64,000 bases of DNA from Parasitella parasitica NRRL 2501 (taxonomy: Eukaryota > Fungi > Mucoromycota). A program made the position numbers and the translations under genes. Numbering within the stretch: position 1 is the first letter of the stretch; every line of letters starts with the position of its first letter. The notes under the pieces are model-generated. The model ran no database searches. It was not told the origin of the DNA and saw only the letters and a list, made by a program, of their open reading frames with translations. The stretch spans positions 1 to 64,000 of the forward strand of contig MU619365.1 of the NCBI GenBank assembly GCA_025201805.1, in the 5' to 3' direction. Of this stretch, positions 1 to 12,819 are shown piece after piece.

Positions 1-358
1 GGTCCACTGGGCGATGTCTCTATCCAAAGTTATCTGCAAAACCAGTTTTATTTTTCATTATTTATCATAAATATCACTTATTTGCTCATAACTTTTGATG
101 AAATCACCGTAGAATTGAGATCTAACTTGGAAAACTTAGCGTTGACTTGGCGCTATCTGGCAGAAACATTTGTATGATGTTTTTATTAAAATCTAGAAAG
201 TTATCTGCAGAAACCATACGAAAATCGCATATAAACGCTGATAGGCTACGATAAAGAGCAACATAAACCCTGTTTTATGCGTCATAAGAACAGGCATAAT
301 CATCGCTATATGAGCATAACTTGGGGTCCACTGGGCGATGTCTCTATCCAAAGTTATC
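1..358. repeat. 34-bp direct repeat (2 copies, 324 bp apart); probable subterminal repeats of a DNA transposon cut by the window edge
   Basis: ggtccactgggcgatgtctctatccaaagttatc at 1-34 and 325-358; partial third copy aagttatctgcagaaacca near 198-216. The TE interpretation is inference. Confidence 0.5.
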
Positions 359-780
359 GGCGTCAAACGTTTTTCTGTTTTTCGTATCGGAGTTTGAAAT
401 AAAATCACGTGTTTTCATTTTCCTTGTTTAGGTGAATGTAATACCACCGAAATGGAAGCAAAAATGTGTGATTTATCACTGTTAATCATGTTCGAAAGTA
501 AAACCAGAATTCGAAATTAATACAGAATCATCACAGGAAAAAAAGTTTGTATTATTAAATACTTATATATCAGTGTGCTGAAGTGATAGAACTTCCCATA
601 AAGAAGTAGTTGAATGTCATCTCTGACGGAGCTACCTTAATAGAGATTCCAAATCAAGCTTACAAGCAGATTACCTAAATATCTAACCGCGAAACCACGA
701 AGCATTAATAATCAATTAGAAACCAACTAAAAAAATTGAGCCACAAACCACATTTGGAACGAATAGAACAATGTAAGGAC

Positions 781-1557
781 TGTGATGTGTCAATTTTGTT
801 GTATCCATAGAATACCATGGTTACCACTATTTCAACTCAGTTGTCATGGCAACCGTTCCTGATCGGATCTAAGGTTAAATGGCATCGATTATTCTATCTA
901 GTAAATAGAAGTATTCAATAGAATGTCTTGTATAAGAAACCATCTATTTCGGTTCTACTTATTCTAAATTGCGAAGCTCAACTTATGGATGAATGATTCA
1001 CATTCATAATGATTAGCTGATTAAATATAAAAATAGGTCTTGCTCTCACTACTACTGTGTTATAATCTTGTTTGACAATTAAATGTATTTTATAGATTGA
1101 TTTAGATTGATTTATTCTACTATAAATAGACAGCTTCTTGTCAATCAATAAATCAATAGTTTTGTATCTGGTAAACTAAGTCTTTATTACCTTCTTATAT
1201 TTTTATATCACATACAATCACCTGCTGTACTCATTTTCAAGACCTGGCACAACAAATTTCCCAACCGGAAGTCAAACTCAAGTAAACTCAATCCTGAACA
1301 CAATTCAGGAACATATCCCGATGGATCATGTTCCTTATTTATAACTCAACAGGACATGTTCATGGACAATAGATACAATCTATCGTTCCATTCTGTAAAT
1401 CACACCATTTCTCACACTTGTATCTTATCCTCCCATCAGTCCACTTAGATTCACTAGTATATAAGCCATCATTTTTTCCATGTAATAAACGAGATCTTTA
1501 CCTGATTAATTCACAACCGTTTTATTTGAATAATTTCTCATTCTGATAAATCAGACA
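781..1557 (+). mobile_element. LTR-like sequence (one or two juxtaposed solo-LTR remnants)
   Basis: 781-1212 has TGTGAT...ATCACA inverted termini, a TATAAATA box and AATAAA. 1213-1557 has a second TATATAA/AATAAA set ending ...AGACA. No TSD found. Confidence 0.35.
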
Positions 1558-2152
1558 GGTCCATGCATGTCATTTACAAAAGTGTCAAAAACATCGATAT
1601 TAGAATATCGTACTTGATTATGTAAAATCAAATACAGACAAACTTGAAGTTGGTCCAGCTGGCGCTTACGGCATAACTGACGGACAGACTGTTTACAGCA
1701 ACGAATATAAGTAGAGTAGGAATGTCTAACCTTTGCAAGTTATCCTATTTCCGAAATAAAGAAGGAATTAAATTGTATCTATTGTTGTTTTTACACATTT
1801 TACTACAATCAGAACTGATTGTGAGATCATTATAGAATGTTATATGGATTCACAGAAAAAAATTAAATAAAAAACAATAAATGTCAGCTTGATAAAGGTA
1901 TAGGCTTTATTAACAAATTGACAGATATATAAAGCTCTAGCTCATCTACTCGCCAGATACAGGAACCTTTATATATTTGAGGTATAGATAATATCATTTC
2001 TAGTATGGTCTTATTTATTCTTTATAAATAGTACATGTCTGAGTGTATATCATCTTAACATATATCTGTTTACATGTAACATGTTTATAGCATGTTATGA
2101 GCATATCTATAGTATTGCGCATAGTGTACAAGTCTGTAGTACATAATGTATC

Positions 2153-2155
<3 letters not shown>

Positions 2156-2200
<45 letters not shown>

Positions 2201-4093
2201 TGTGGTGACTTTATTAAATGATATTCAAAGACAAATGGTAGCTGTGTATAAGGTCTAAGTAGTAAGGGAAGGAGCAAGAGGTAGACGCAGAACAAATAAA
2301 AACAGCTAGGGATTAGCCCTGTTTAATTGCCTTTATGGCCCTATCAAGAGGCACTTGGTGAACCCAAATGGCATTTGAGCATCCCAAAATGCATTGATAG
2401 TGGTATGTCCAAATAGTCGAGAAGACCTGACCCAAAAACAAGAGATGGTCATCCAAAAGGGGAAGACAATTGGGATCAAAAGTCAACCCCATCCAAATGG
2501 CCTCAATATTGGGAAATGNNNNNNNNNNNNNNNNNNNNNNNNNNNNNNNNNNNNNNNNNNNNNNNNNNNNNNNNNNNNNNNNNNNNNNNNNNNNNNNNNN
2601 NNNNNNNNNNNNNNNNNNNNNNNNNNNNNNNNNNNNNNNNNNNNNNNNNNNNNNNNNNNNNNNNNNNNNNNNNNNNNNGACCTGACCCAAAAACAAGAGA
2701 TGGTCATCCAAAAGGGGAAGACAATTGGGATCAAAAGTCAACCCCATCCAAATGGCCTCAATATTGGGAAATGCCGCAGAAAAGTTGAAATGTTGAATCA
2801 GCTCAAGCCATAAATATGTCTTGAATGGGCAGCCAACAACTAAGTGATACCGATCCTCATATCCAGAGCAAAAGGAACAAGTAGGAGCAACGGTACTATT
2901 AAGAAAGTGTCTATAAGAATTGCATGCAATGGAATGATGTAGTAGACGCCACCAACGTTGTAGATCTTTACCAGCAAGATCTAGAGACCACAAAGCCTTC
3001 CAATTGAACGCTCGAAGGTACGGTAAGTACGATCGAATGTGAACAAGGGGAGGATGCGGCCAGGGACGACGTCGAGGAGGAGACTGCCAAGAGCGACGCA
3101 GGACACCGAGAGGGACAACGGACACAGGAAACTTCTTGGGACGAACAGTATCGATAACCCAACCAGTTAGTTTTGGCAACCAAAGAGTTGCATAGTGGTG
3201 CAATACACCGGCAGAAGAGTTCCAGCTGACTGGTAGCAAATCAGGCGTGACAGACAAGGGAGACGTAATTTTGGACTTGATGGTGGGGTGCCAAGCAAGA
3301 TTCTTTTTGCCTAGATCATCAGATATCCGTTGCAACGCTGGTGCTTTGCTGATCTTGGCTTTAGAGCGCAAGGATAAACAATCACGATTACGTGTGGACA
3401 CATGTAACAAATCTGAGACCAACCATTTGAAAGGAATGGCGGCGACATCAACAGAAGACGAGACAGTAGACTGCAGGGCACAACGAAGTGGGATATACAA
3501 AAACCACTGACAATGCCATGATAAGGACATGGCCAGAGGGGGTAGATTCTGGATGACCTTGAGAAGATGATGGAGCAAAGGCATTTCCCCGGTGTGAACA
3601 GACAGCGTGTTGGCAGCATACATTGACGAAAACAAAAAAAGCGGCAAGACATTATTCAAACCAGTGTGATGCGACAGGAGATCAATCAAAAAAGGAGTGG
3701 TAAAATCCATTTGTTGACGAGCTTCTGACGCTGGTCGTAAGATACGTTGAATATAGACCATATGCAATGCGAGTTGTTGAGATTGTAGGTCAATCAAACC
3801 AAGGCCCCCCAGCGCTTTCGGGCGACAGACGGTCTCCCAAGACGGAGCACGAGCAAAAGAAAGCACAAACTGTAAGACAAGACGACGCACAGACTTCAAC
3901 CATTGTTCAGGCACGGGAACAACACGCAAGAGATGCCATATACGGCTGAGCAGTTTCGAGTTAGCAACCAGACTTGCACCACGGATAGACAAATGACGCC
4001 CTTTCAAGAAAGCAGCGTGTCGTTGGATCTTCATGTAGATCTGTTCCAGAAAATCATTCAATTGTTGAGGGGTGCTATGCAGAGGATAGCCCA
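2156..4093 (-). mobile_element. 5'-truncated L1-clade LINE (ORF2 from the RT 'LGYPL' region to the C-terminal zinc knuckle) with poly(A) tail
   Basis: ORF contains LGYPL, GRHLSIRG-x-SLVANS-KLLSRIWH, PKALGGLGLID and CSFC...H...C. The ~44-nt T run at 2156-2199 is the poly(A) tail. 15-bp TSD acataatgtatctat at 2141-2155 and 4094-4108. Confidence 0.93.
2425..2773. other. Spurious assembly gap: the same ~94 bp lies on both sides of the N run
   Basis: gacctgacccaaaaacaag...tattgggaaatg occurs at 2425-2518 and again from 2679; merging the copies restores one continuous LINE ORF. Confidence 0.85.
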
Positions 4094-4890
4094 ACATAAT
4101 GTATCTATAGCTAGTATCGGAAATAAAAATATGTCTTGTAGTGCATATACATGGAAACTGGGATACACATCTGAAGCATATAGATCTTATATATGGCATT
4201 AGCGCGTGGTACATACTAAATCTAGTAAATCTCTAAAGCTCATGTCAAGATACAAATATAAGTTAATAGTTAATTGTGCCATCTCTAGCCTATATCTCAT
4301 ATAGAATATTGACCTGTATTGTACGTCTTCAGAACTGTGCACATATGTACACATATGTAGTCTACATCAATTTGAAGGTAGCTGGATGAATCTAAAAGCG
4401 GAATGCAGATCATTATCGTGAATGTTTTTCACAGCTTGAGCTAATTAGCATTTTTGTAGTACCCTATTTTTCCCTTTATACTTGTGAAATCCTTGAGATC
4501 CACTTGCTGTTGAGTACAAAACGATATATTTGATGGCGTCATTGCATATCCCGTTCTGTTTAGTTGACTTTAAGAGTATTGCTTCGCATATATTCCTTAA
4601 TCGAAAATACCCCAAAGAGTGTAAATCTGCGAAGGGATTGTTTATATGCAAATTATTCTTAAAAGCTTGCATCGCTGATCATGAAATACAAAATACAGGA
4701 CTAAAACACATTGCTAAAAGGGCTGATTGTATATTATATCGTTGTTGAAAGATCAATAAAAACAAAAGAAATTAACAGTATAAATCGGCTCCATGCTTGG
4801 TGTATAGCGGACAAGGTTTATACAAAGGAAAAAATATAGAGAATAAGTCAAATAAAATAAAGTAAGTTGTAATAAATAGTATGGAAAAAG

Positions 4891-6638
4891 CTAAACAGTG
4901 GTGTTTTTGGGTCTGAAACTCATGATACAGCCGTCTTGGGGGTAAATGGTGGCAAAGATAGAGATATCATCACTTCTTTCAGTACGCGTGTGTGTCCATT
5001 CTAATCGAAGAGATGATTGGGCGATAACAGCCATCAGATGCATGATAGCGAACTCTTTACCAAGACAATGATGAGGTCCATTACCGAAAACCATAAAGTT
5101 TTTGGGGAATTTTTCGGCTATGCCATCAGGTCCCCATCTATCGGGGTCAAAAGCATCAGGATTAGGATAGGCTGTAGGATCATGGAGAGCAGGATAGGTA
5201 GTAGGGATGACCATTGCTGTGTAAAGGAGATTAGCAAGGGATTGTCTAAATTAAAAAAAACGGTACTTACAGCCTTTGGGGACAGTATAGCTAGGGGTAA
5301 GGGGCCATTCGCGGGTGGTCTGATAAGGCACCATCAACACAGGAGGACGAAGACGAAGAATTTCCTTGACAACTTGACGAAGATAAACACTCTCCTCCAT
5401 TTGTTCCAAGGTAAGTTCTTGTTTGAGATCGCCCTTACGCACTTGAACTTGTTCAGCGTATACCTTCTCAAGGACTTGAGGGTGGTCAGCCAACAATTGA
5501 TAAGCCCAAGTTAACGCAGATGAAGTGGCATCTTGAGAAGCAAAGAGGAAGGTCAACAGAGTCAGTGCAATCTCGCGGTCGTCAAATCTTCTGGGAGCGG
5601 GTTTACCAGCCTCAGCGCATTCAACTTCATATTCATTCATGGAGTTGATCCAGGCATCCATCATAGACTTGATCTCAGCACCCTTGTTAGCCATTCTGAT
5701 GCGGCTATCTTTGATACTTTCAATGAAATGTTTGACAATGTATTTGCGAGATTGAATGGCCTTGTAGACCTTTGTGCCAGGCAAAGGAATGGGAAAGTTG
5801 ACAAGCTCCAGCGCAGCAGTGATGTTGAAATATTCCTGAGATATAGTAGATGCAACTTGGTCAGACATGTAATCGCCCAAAAATACGCGAAGAGAAGCTT
5901 CCATGTTGAGCTCACGGAAACGCAGCTGGTACTGTTCTGAAACACCACCCAAAGCAAGCCACTCTTCAAAATGCTTTTGATAGACTCTTTCTTGAATAGG
6001 GATATAGATCCCCAGTGCTTTGCGAGTGAATAGAACATTCAGGCCTTTTCGATAATCAACGTGGGCTCTACCGCCCAAAAAGACCCAATTGTCATCACAA
6101 AGGATGTATTTCATCGAATCAACCACAGCAGGAGACACGTAGGCCGGAGAGTTGAGGATCTTGCGACTCAACTCACAAGTCGACGCAATGACCACAAACC
6201 TGTAGTCCAAATAGACATTAACATAACGGACATTGAATGATATATGCACTTGTCTGAAGATAAGAAACAATCATTTACCTGTCAAATACACTAACACATG
6301 ACAACTCTCCACTTTTCCATTTGCTCATGTATCCCTCAAAGGTAGGGTAAAGAGAATCCATAAAAGCACCAATGATTGGGATCTTGAAGCTGGGTCCAGG
6401 CAAGGACTTTTTCTTTTTAAGATAGACATATTGTTCGTACGCAAACAAACCGACCACAGCTGAACAGACGACAGCAGTGGTTGATACGTTTTGTTGAGAG
6501 AAGGCAGTCTTAATGAACGAGGCTACCGTATTTTTCGCTGATTCAATAGAACGAGGATCAAAAATGCTACTTTAAGAATAAGACATGGTGACCTTTCTGA
6601 CATGCCACTTTTTAAAATTTTTACCTTGACGAAGACAT
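4891..6638 (-). CDS. ERG5: Sterol C-22 desaturase, cytochrome P450 CYP61 (4 exons)
   Basis: FLFASQDATSS I-helix typical of CYP61, EILR (ExxR), FDPDRW, heme motif FGNGPHHCLG. Proposed exon 1 6638-6625 (ATGTCTTCGTCAAG|gt) joins in frame to MSSSSIFDPR...GLFAYEQ. Confidence 0.93.
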
Positions 6639-8491
6639 ACTGTTTACACATTTGAAAATCATCATTAGATTTGTGTAAACAAAACAGCAGCATTTGTATT
6701 TGCATAACAACGCGTATCTTACCTAATTCCCTTTAATCTTGAACGATTCGCGGCTGAAGTATTAAATGAAGATATATATATAAAGGAAAAGNNNNNNNNN
6801 NGAAAAAGAGAGGAAAAGAGAAAAAGATCAAGATTTTGGAACGAGATTTTTTTTTTATTTTATAGTGAAAAAGTCCAAAATCATACAAGAGCATTAGGGA
6901 ACACAAGGAAAATTATGAATCAAACAAAGATTCTTCGACATTAGTTGTTGTCAGCTTGAAACTAAATGAAAGTGTTGTCAACGACAAGGCCTTTGCGCTC
7001 TTTGTGTGTTCTTTGACCCCGATAGGACCAGCTATGGATTGAATATCAAGCATCGTTTTGCTAGCATCCCTTCACTTTTTTTTTCTTAATGTTACATGTC
7101 CAAATTTATTAGAACAAAACAAATCTTTTTGTTTGTCTGCTACCCTCTCCGAATCATCCTCTTCGCTTGATTCATTGCGTTTATATGTTGACGGGTGTCC
7201 AAAAGCCATTTTCTGCATCTGTTTCGTTCTTGATTCTGCTCCACGCTTTCTACACCACAGCGTAATGCTTTTTACAATCAAATTTCCTTTGTTTAGGTTT
7301 TTGGAGTGTCAATAAAAAGCTGCTTTGTCGGCCCGATTTCAACTGTGTACATTGGCAACATTCAATTCGGCAAACAAATCACCCGCGCACACTTAGTGTA
7401 GCACAAATCCAATGATCTAGCTTTTGATTTCTTTAAAAAGCTGCTGAATAAAGAGATGTTATACATTGGTATAAAATTTCAAACACTCAAAGATGCTATT
7501 TAACTGGTCTATTGTTCAACTAACCCCAGCAATTAGGGGCTGCATTGTTACATTTCTAATATTTATTGAGAAGAAAGGAGTGAGAGACATGAGAACAGCT
7601 TATAAATATTGACAACGGGTAAACTTATTAGGTCAGGACCAGCTTTGAAACGCCTCATGCGCTTCTTTTTCAAGATGATCGTCAAGAATTTTTTTGATTT
7701 TATACAGCGCATTATAGGCGATTATATGCCAAGAATATATAGCTTGCAAATACAGCTTGTGTCGTCTGCAGTGTTTCAAGACTCTGCGTACTAGATACAA
7801 GTAATCATCTGCAGGACGAGTTATAAACAGAAACGCTCAGATCACTTGATCCAATCTAACATAAACATTACCGACGCATGTGGCAAGATGGTGCGAAAAC
7901 TCACAATGCAGATTTTTGAATGTTTATGTTTATATTACTCACTCTTCGTAGATCAGATAACGGTTGTGATGGTCAGATGTTGCATCCGCTGTGGGTGCAT
8001 ATTGCTATGATGTTAAAATGCATTTCATTTTGGGCCGGAGGATATGTATATATACTATCGTCGATCAGAATGAATGTCTTTACAAAGATCGAAGGAAAGT
8101 GGAATGCTGCCAAAAGAATAAGTTTTCAGCAAATCCCTAGCTTATGGGGTGTTTTTTATATGATTTTGGGTGCGCATCAAAAATGAATAATAGATACAAA
8201 GAAGAGTACATAAATGACACAAAAGCCAATCTAGGTGTGCTTTGTTTTCTTTCATTCTACACTGGCTTGCAATAAAGATTGTCTGGCGAAAGGTTACCGT
8301 AAAGAATCTCTAGATTCTGACATATATCTTATGTTAGTCTCTTGAGCTTGGTGAAACTATACAATCTTATATAGACCATGAGAATAGTCTTTCGGACCTT
8401 GTGACTCCGGTACCCTTATAATTTCAATAGCATAAAACTGTGCATGATGCCGCTTCCTTTCTTCCCTTATATTTTCTCTACACATACTAAA

Positions 8492-8854
8492 ATGCAAAGT
8501 AGTAGCAAAGGACTTAAAGCACATAAAACTAATATGGACCAATACTACGAGTGTCGAATCTATGACAAGAACATTGATGTCTTCACTAGCCGAGATTCAG
8601 AACATGCTCCATGTCCTGTCGTTGTCATGTCTCGTCATCAAGGATTTCAATGGAACGATGACTTGTTTGTAAACGCTTATCGTCGTAGTGCAGGCTATGA
8701 AAGCCATAAAAGCTCCAGTCTTCAAACCAAAGATGATAAAGTGACGAGTAACAAAGTGGCACAAAAGCAAAAACACCAAGAGCAAAATAGCGAAATGCCC
8801 GCAGATGTCATTGACATTGATTTGAGTGAAGCAGATTGCGATGTTTGGCCTTAA
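8492..8854 (+). CDS. Small hypothetical protein (120 aa, single exon)
   Basis: ATG in an AAAATG context; coding-like composition with a core motif VVVMSRHQGFQWNDDLF and acidic C-terminus VIDIDLSE. Function unknown. Confidence 0.65.
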   Translation: MQSSSKGLKAHKTNMDQYYECRIYDKNIDVFTSRDSEHAPCPVVVMSRHQGFQWNDDLFVNAYRRSAGYESHKSSSLQTKDDKVTSNKVAQKQKHQEQNSEMPADVIDIDLSEADCDVWP

Positions 8855-9026
8855 ACCTTAGTCTAAACGATCAAGTCTGTTCGATTTTAGTGAAAAAGCA
8901 TCTTTTATATAATACGGTGTTAAAAGAAACAGTAAAGAAATTTAGTAGTAAAGTAATAGTAAATAAGTACATGGAAATAAATAAAAATATATGATTATAA
9001 AGTATGTTTTTTGTTTTTTGTTTTTT

Positions 9027-9083
<57 letters not shown>

Positions 9084-9085
9084 TT

Positions 9086-11693
9086 TCACTCATTGACCCA
9101 AGAACCACCTCGCTTTAGCCATTTAGCAAGCAATACTGTGATATCTCTCACAACAAAACCACCTATAACGTTATTTATGACAGTGCAAATTTTGATGAGT
9201 TTTGTAATCAACACATCATGCTGAGCTTGTTTTGATTTCTGCTTTTCAACGTGGTAATGATTTAACCAATGCTCTGTGTACACAAGTAAATACAATGTCA
9301 TGATTTGATCAATGAATGCACCCTACCTAGTACGTGGATCTTTGCAAACAGCTTTTGTAGCACCTCAATGTAGTTTTTAAATTGATCTTCACTACAGCAG
9401 AAAAAGATTTCAATGAAATGGATTCAATGCAAGCAATTATTGACATACGTCTTTGTTAAACTGAAAGCATTCATCCGCTCTACCGATTTTGTCAATTTTG
9501 TGCCCCATGACATGAAAGATTGCGTCTTTTTTCCACTGTCCATGCGACTCATCGAGATAGAATCCCGGCTACTGTTATTTTGGTTACTTACACTATGACT
9601 AAGCTGACTTGATCCACTGCTTGAATTGTTTTCAATTAAGCTGTCTCTTTTGAGTTTTTTTGAAAGTGTAACCTGCAGTTGATCCACAGATGTCTCAAAA
9701 TGGTCTAAAAGACGAGTCGAGCTGATAAGGTCGTCGAGGTATGACCAATTTTCAAGTCGTGCTATGTCTGTCATGAGTGATTCACAAGCTGAGGCTTTGA
9801 TATCCATTGAAGAAAGTCGAATATTTGGTTGTTGCCTGTATGCATACGTAAGAATATACACTTTAAATTTTATAGATTTGTGATTCTTACCATAAACTTT
9901 TGGGTATATAAAGTCTTTGTGTGATATGGGCACCCTCCAACATACTTTTCTCAAGTGCAAGTAGCAGTTTAAGGTGGCTACTGCTAAAATGCCTGTGTTC
10001 ATCCACTGATATACCATCTTCGTTCAAATCCAAATGAGATGAGGTTTCATCGTATATAGCCGTAGAGTTATCCATGATATATTCCATATCCTCGGCAACG
10101 ACAGGTTGAATATGGTCTCTCAAGAAAAGGCCATAAGTACTGTTTCCTGTTGACGGAGAGCTGGAAAGCTTATCTCTAGCTCGACTAATAGCAAAGCTAT
10201 CCATGGACAATCGATTTGCAGCTTTTTTACGCATGGATCCTAAACCACCTACCGAAGGTCTGCTTATGATAGGGCGATTCACAATCATTTGGGCCGGGTA
10301 TGTTTGAGAATGAGAAGAAGGGGCTGTGTCAATTGCGATTGGTTCCCTTTGCGGTTTCTGCTGTTGTTGTTCTTCTGTGGGGGATGCTATGGTGTCAACA
10401 GTTGACATGGATGAAGATCTTTGCATAGCAGGTGGTTTTGGGAGGCTGCTGGTACGAGCACGGAAGGTAGTTCTGACTTTTGGCAATGGCGTACTGTCTT
10501 GATCTTTCTTTTTTAGAGAAGGTAAATTCATTGTAGGCTGTTCTACTATGGAATCCTCGGATGAACTGACCGAATCAATAGAACTGATGGATGATCTATT
10601 ACTGTCAATACTGTTAATTTGCCCAAGAGTTGGCCTCAGCGGTAAAGGCTCGTTTGGACCCAGTAAGTTGTATACATTCCTGTTCATGTCAAACACATCG
10701 CTATCAGTGTCAATAATCTCTTCCTCTTCATCTTCTCCATGTCGCAAGTGATTTATTTTATTTTCACGGCTACTACCATTACGATGATGTTGATGAGTAG
10801 GAGTACTTTTAGAGGTTTGCATCTGAAATATGGGTGGCGAAACAGGAATTTTTGATATCTCCTTTTGACTAACAGGACGAGTTGAAGGAGAAGGAGTATT
10901 ATCCTGCCAATGATTGCGCGCAGGAGGTGATTTTTCATTGATGGAGCCTTCAATCGAGTTAGACGATGTCATTTTTCGCAGCATCATCGCATGCGACGGC
11001 CTTGCTTTCTGTGTAGTGTTGGCGGATTGTCTGGGATGGAAGCTGCGAATGCTGGATTTCTTTGTTAGCCATGACGTTTCTTGCCTTTCCGGTTGAAATA
11101 TTGCTTCTTGGTTTAATGCTTGCTCTTGCTCCTCTGCTACTTGGTTGGTGATCATGTCGGTTTCCAACTTTGAAGTAATTGTACTTAATAATCGAATTCT
11201 CTCAGAATAAGAGTCATGCTATATTATGTGGAGTATTAGTTGCTATATACTTGAAAAGATTTGCCCCTTGAATGTTTTTACGAGTGGAGAGGTATATCTT
11301 TTTCTAACAGGAACCCTGGTTTCTCTGCCCCTCCTTCACTTTAGAGAAATATATAAACTCCCCGTTTATTTCTATCGTAATAAAATCATGGTTGCTATGG
11401 TAACTTACGATGGATTGCAAACGCTGGCGATCATTTTCTTTGTCTACGGTAGCTAAAACACGTTCCAATAAAGAAATGGCCTCTTTATATGCATTGATGG
11501 CACCTAAAACATCGTTTGTTGAATCGCATTGGACTGCTGCGTTTGCCTTTTGCAGGGCAGATCTTAAAATCAGTTTAGAAACATGCTTGGAATCGGATTC
11601 TGCAGTAGTTGAGCTTGTGGTGGTTGGTGTAGTTGTCGTTGGAAAAGGATCGTTATTTAAAGTCAATAAATTTGATGTAGCTTCGAAACTCAT
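9086..11693 (-). CDS. MIT-domain protein with Ser-rich linker and C-terminal helical domain (5 exons)
   Basis: N-terminal ALQKANAAVQCD...AINAYKEAISLL...DRQRLQSI|HDSYSERI is an MIT three-helix bundle. Canonical GT-AG introns join ORFs 11304-11693, 9887-11167, 9424-, ~9328- and 9086-. Confidence 0.85.
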
Positions 11694-11751
11694 TATTATT
11701 TATCAAAATAGTAATGTAATCTTCTTTATATGTAGCAAGATCAGTCCAGAA

Positions 11752-11799
<48 letters not shown>

Positions 11800-12819
11800 A
11801 AATAGGCCAAGAAAATGTATGCTTCGAAGGTTACAAGAATGTGTAAGTGTGTTGATATATTAATAAATAATGTATAAAAGAAAAAAAAGGAAGAGAGAAG
11901 AAAAAAATAAAAAGTTAAACTCCAAGTTGAATTATTGTCCCTAAATACAATTTTTTCCTTTTAAGATCATCCCCTTTTTCTTTGTTCTTTTTGATAGAAC
12001 CCCATTCACATTTTTGAACATTTAACATGAGATGAAACTAGCGTCCTGACCATCATATCGTAAATTTCATATTGAATATTCACGATATATTGTTAGCTTC
12101 GTTTTACTTTTGATATTGTATTCAAAGATAAATAAATAGGCTTAAGGAATTTGAAATATCAATTAAACTTTGGGTGTTACTTGTCATACATACAATGAGA
12201 GTACCACACGGTGCAAACACCAAATTGTCATGAAATAAGAAGTGACCGATTTCTCGGGTGCATGTAGCTTTTCCAGTTTGATAATCAACACCATCATATT
12301 TCGGTTCTATTGAGCGGGTTCCATGCTTCTTTGTTCTCAATGCCGTGGTATCAATGGTGTAAGCTTTGTAGCAATAGAGATTTAATACAAAAAGTGTATG
12401 CATAATAGAATATAAAGAAATCAACTGTTTAATAATACCAAATCACCTCATAACTCGATCGCATTTACGGTTGGTACGAATAGAAATTTTTCATATATAA
12501 TATACAATCGGGTGCATTTGCGGTTATAACGTCATTTGAATACATTTTGTAATTTTTTTACACGATTTCTATTATGGCAGGATACCCGAAAACTGTAGAT
12601 AATTTTTATAAGAAGCTTCTTGTTGTAGTCTGATTTTTCTCTCTTCTTTTTATTAATTTCTCATTCCTTATCCATTAGTGGAAGCTCTATACTTATTTGT
12701 TTTTTTCCACAGCTGCCCAGCAAACTTTATTTTTTTAACTGCATCTACCTTTACATGTGCATTAACGCACGTATAATTTATATTAATCCATTATATAAAC
12801 TTTACAAATAAGCAAAAGC

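Noticed and set aside
4445-4672. STASGSQGFHKYKGK fragment vaguely reminiscent of fungal TnpB/Fanzor relics
   Set aside because: No RuvC DE..TS or zinc-finger motif in neighbouring frames; similarity is too short.
8871-9224. Poly-Lys/poly-Phe ORFs (also at 11410, 50979, 51050) and poly-Cys/poly-Ala ORFs at 52814-53158
   Set aside because: Translations of homopolymer tracts or the antisense strand of the polyQ repeat.
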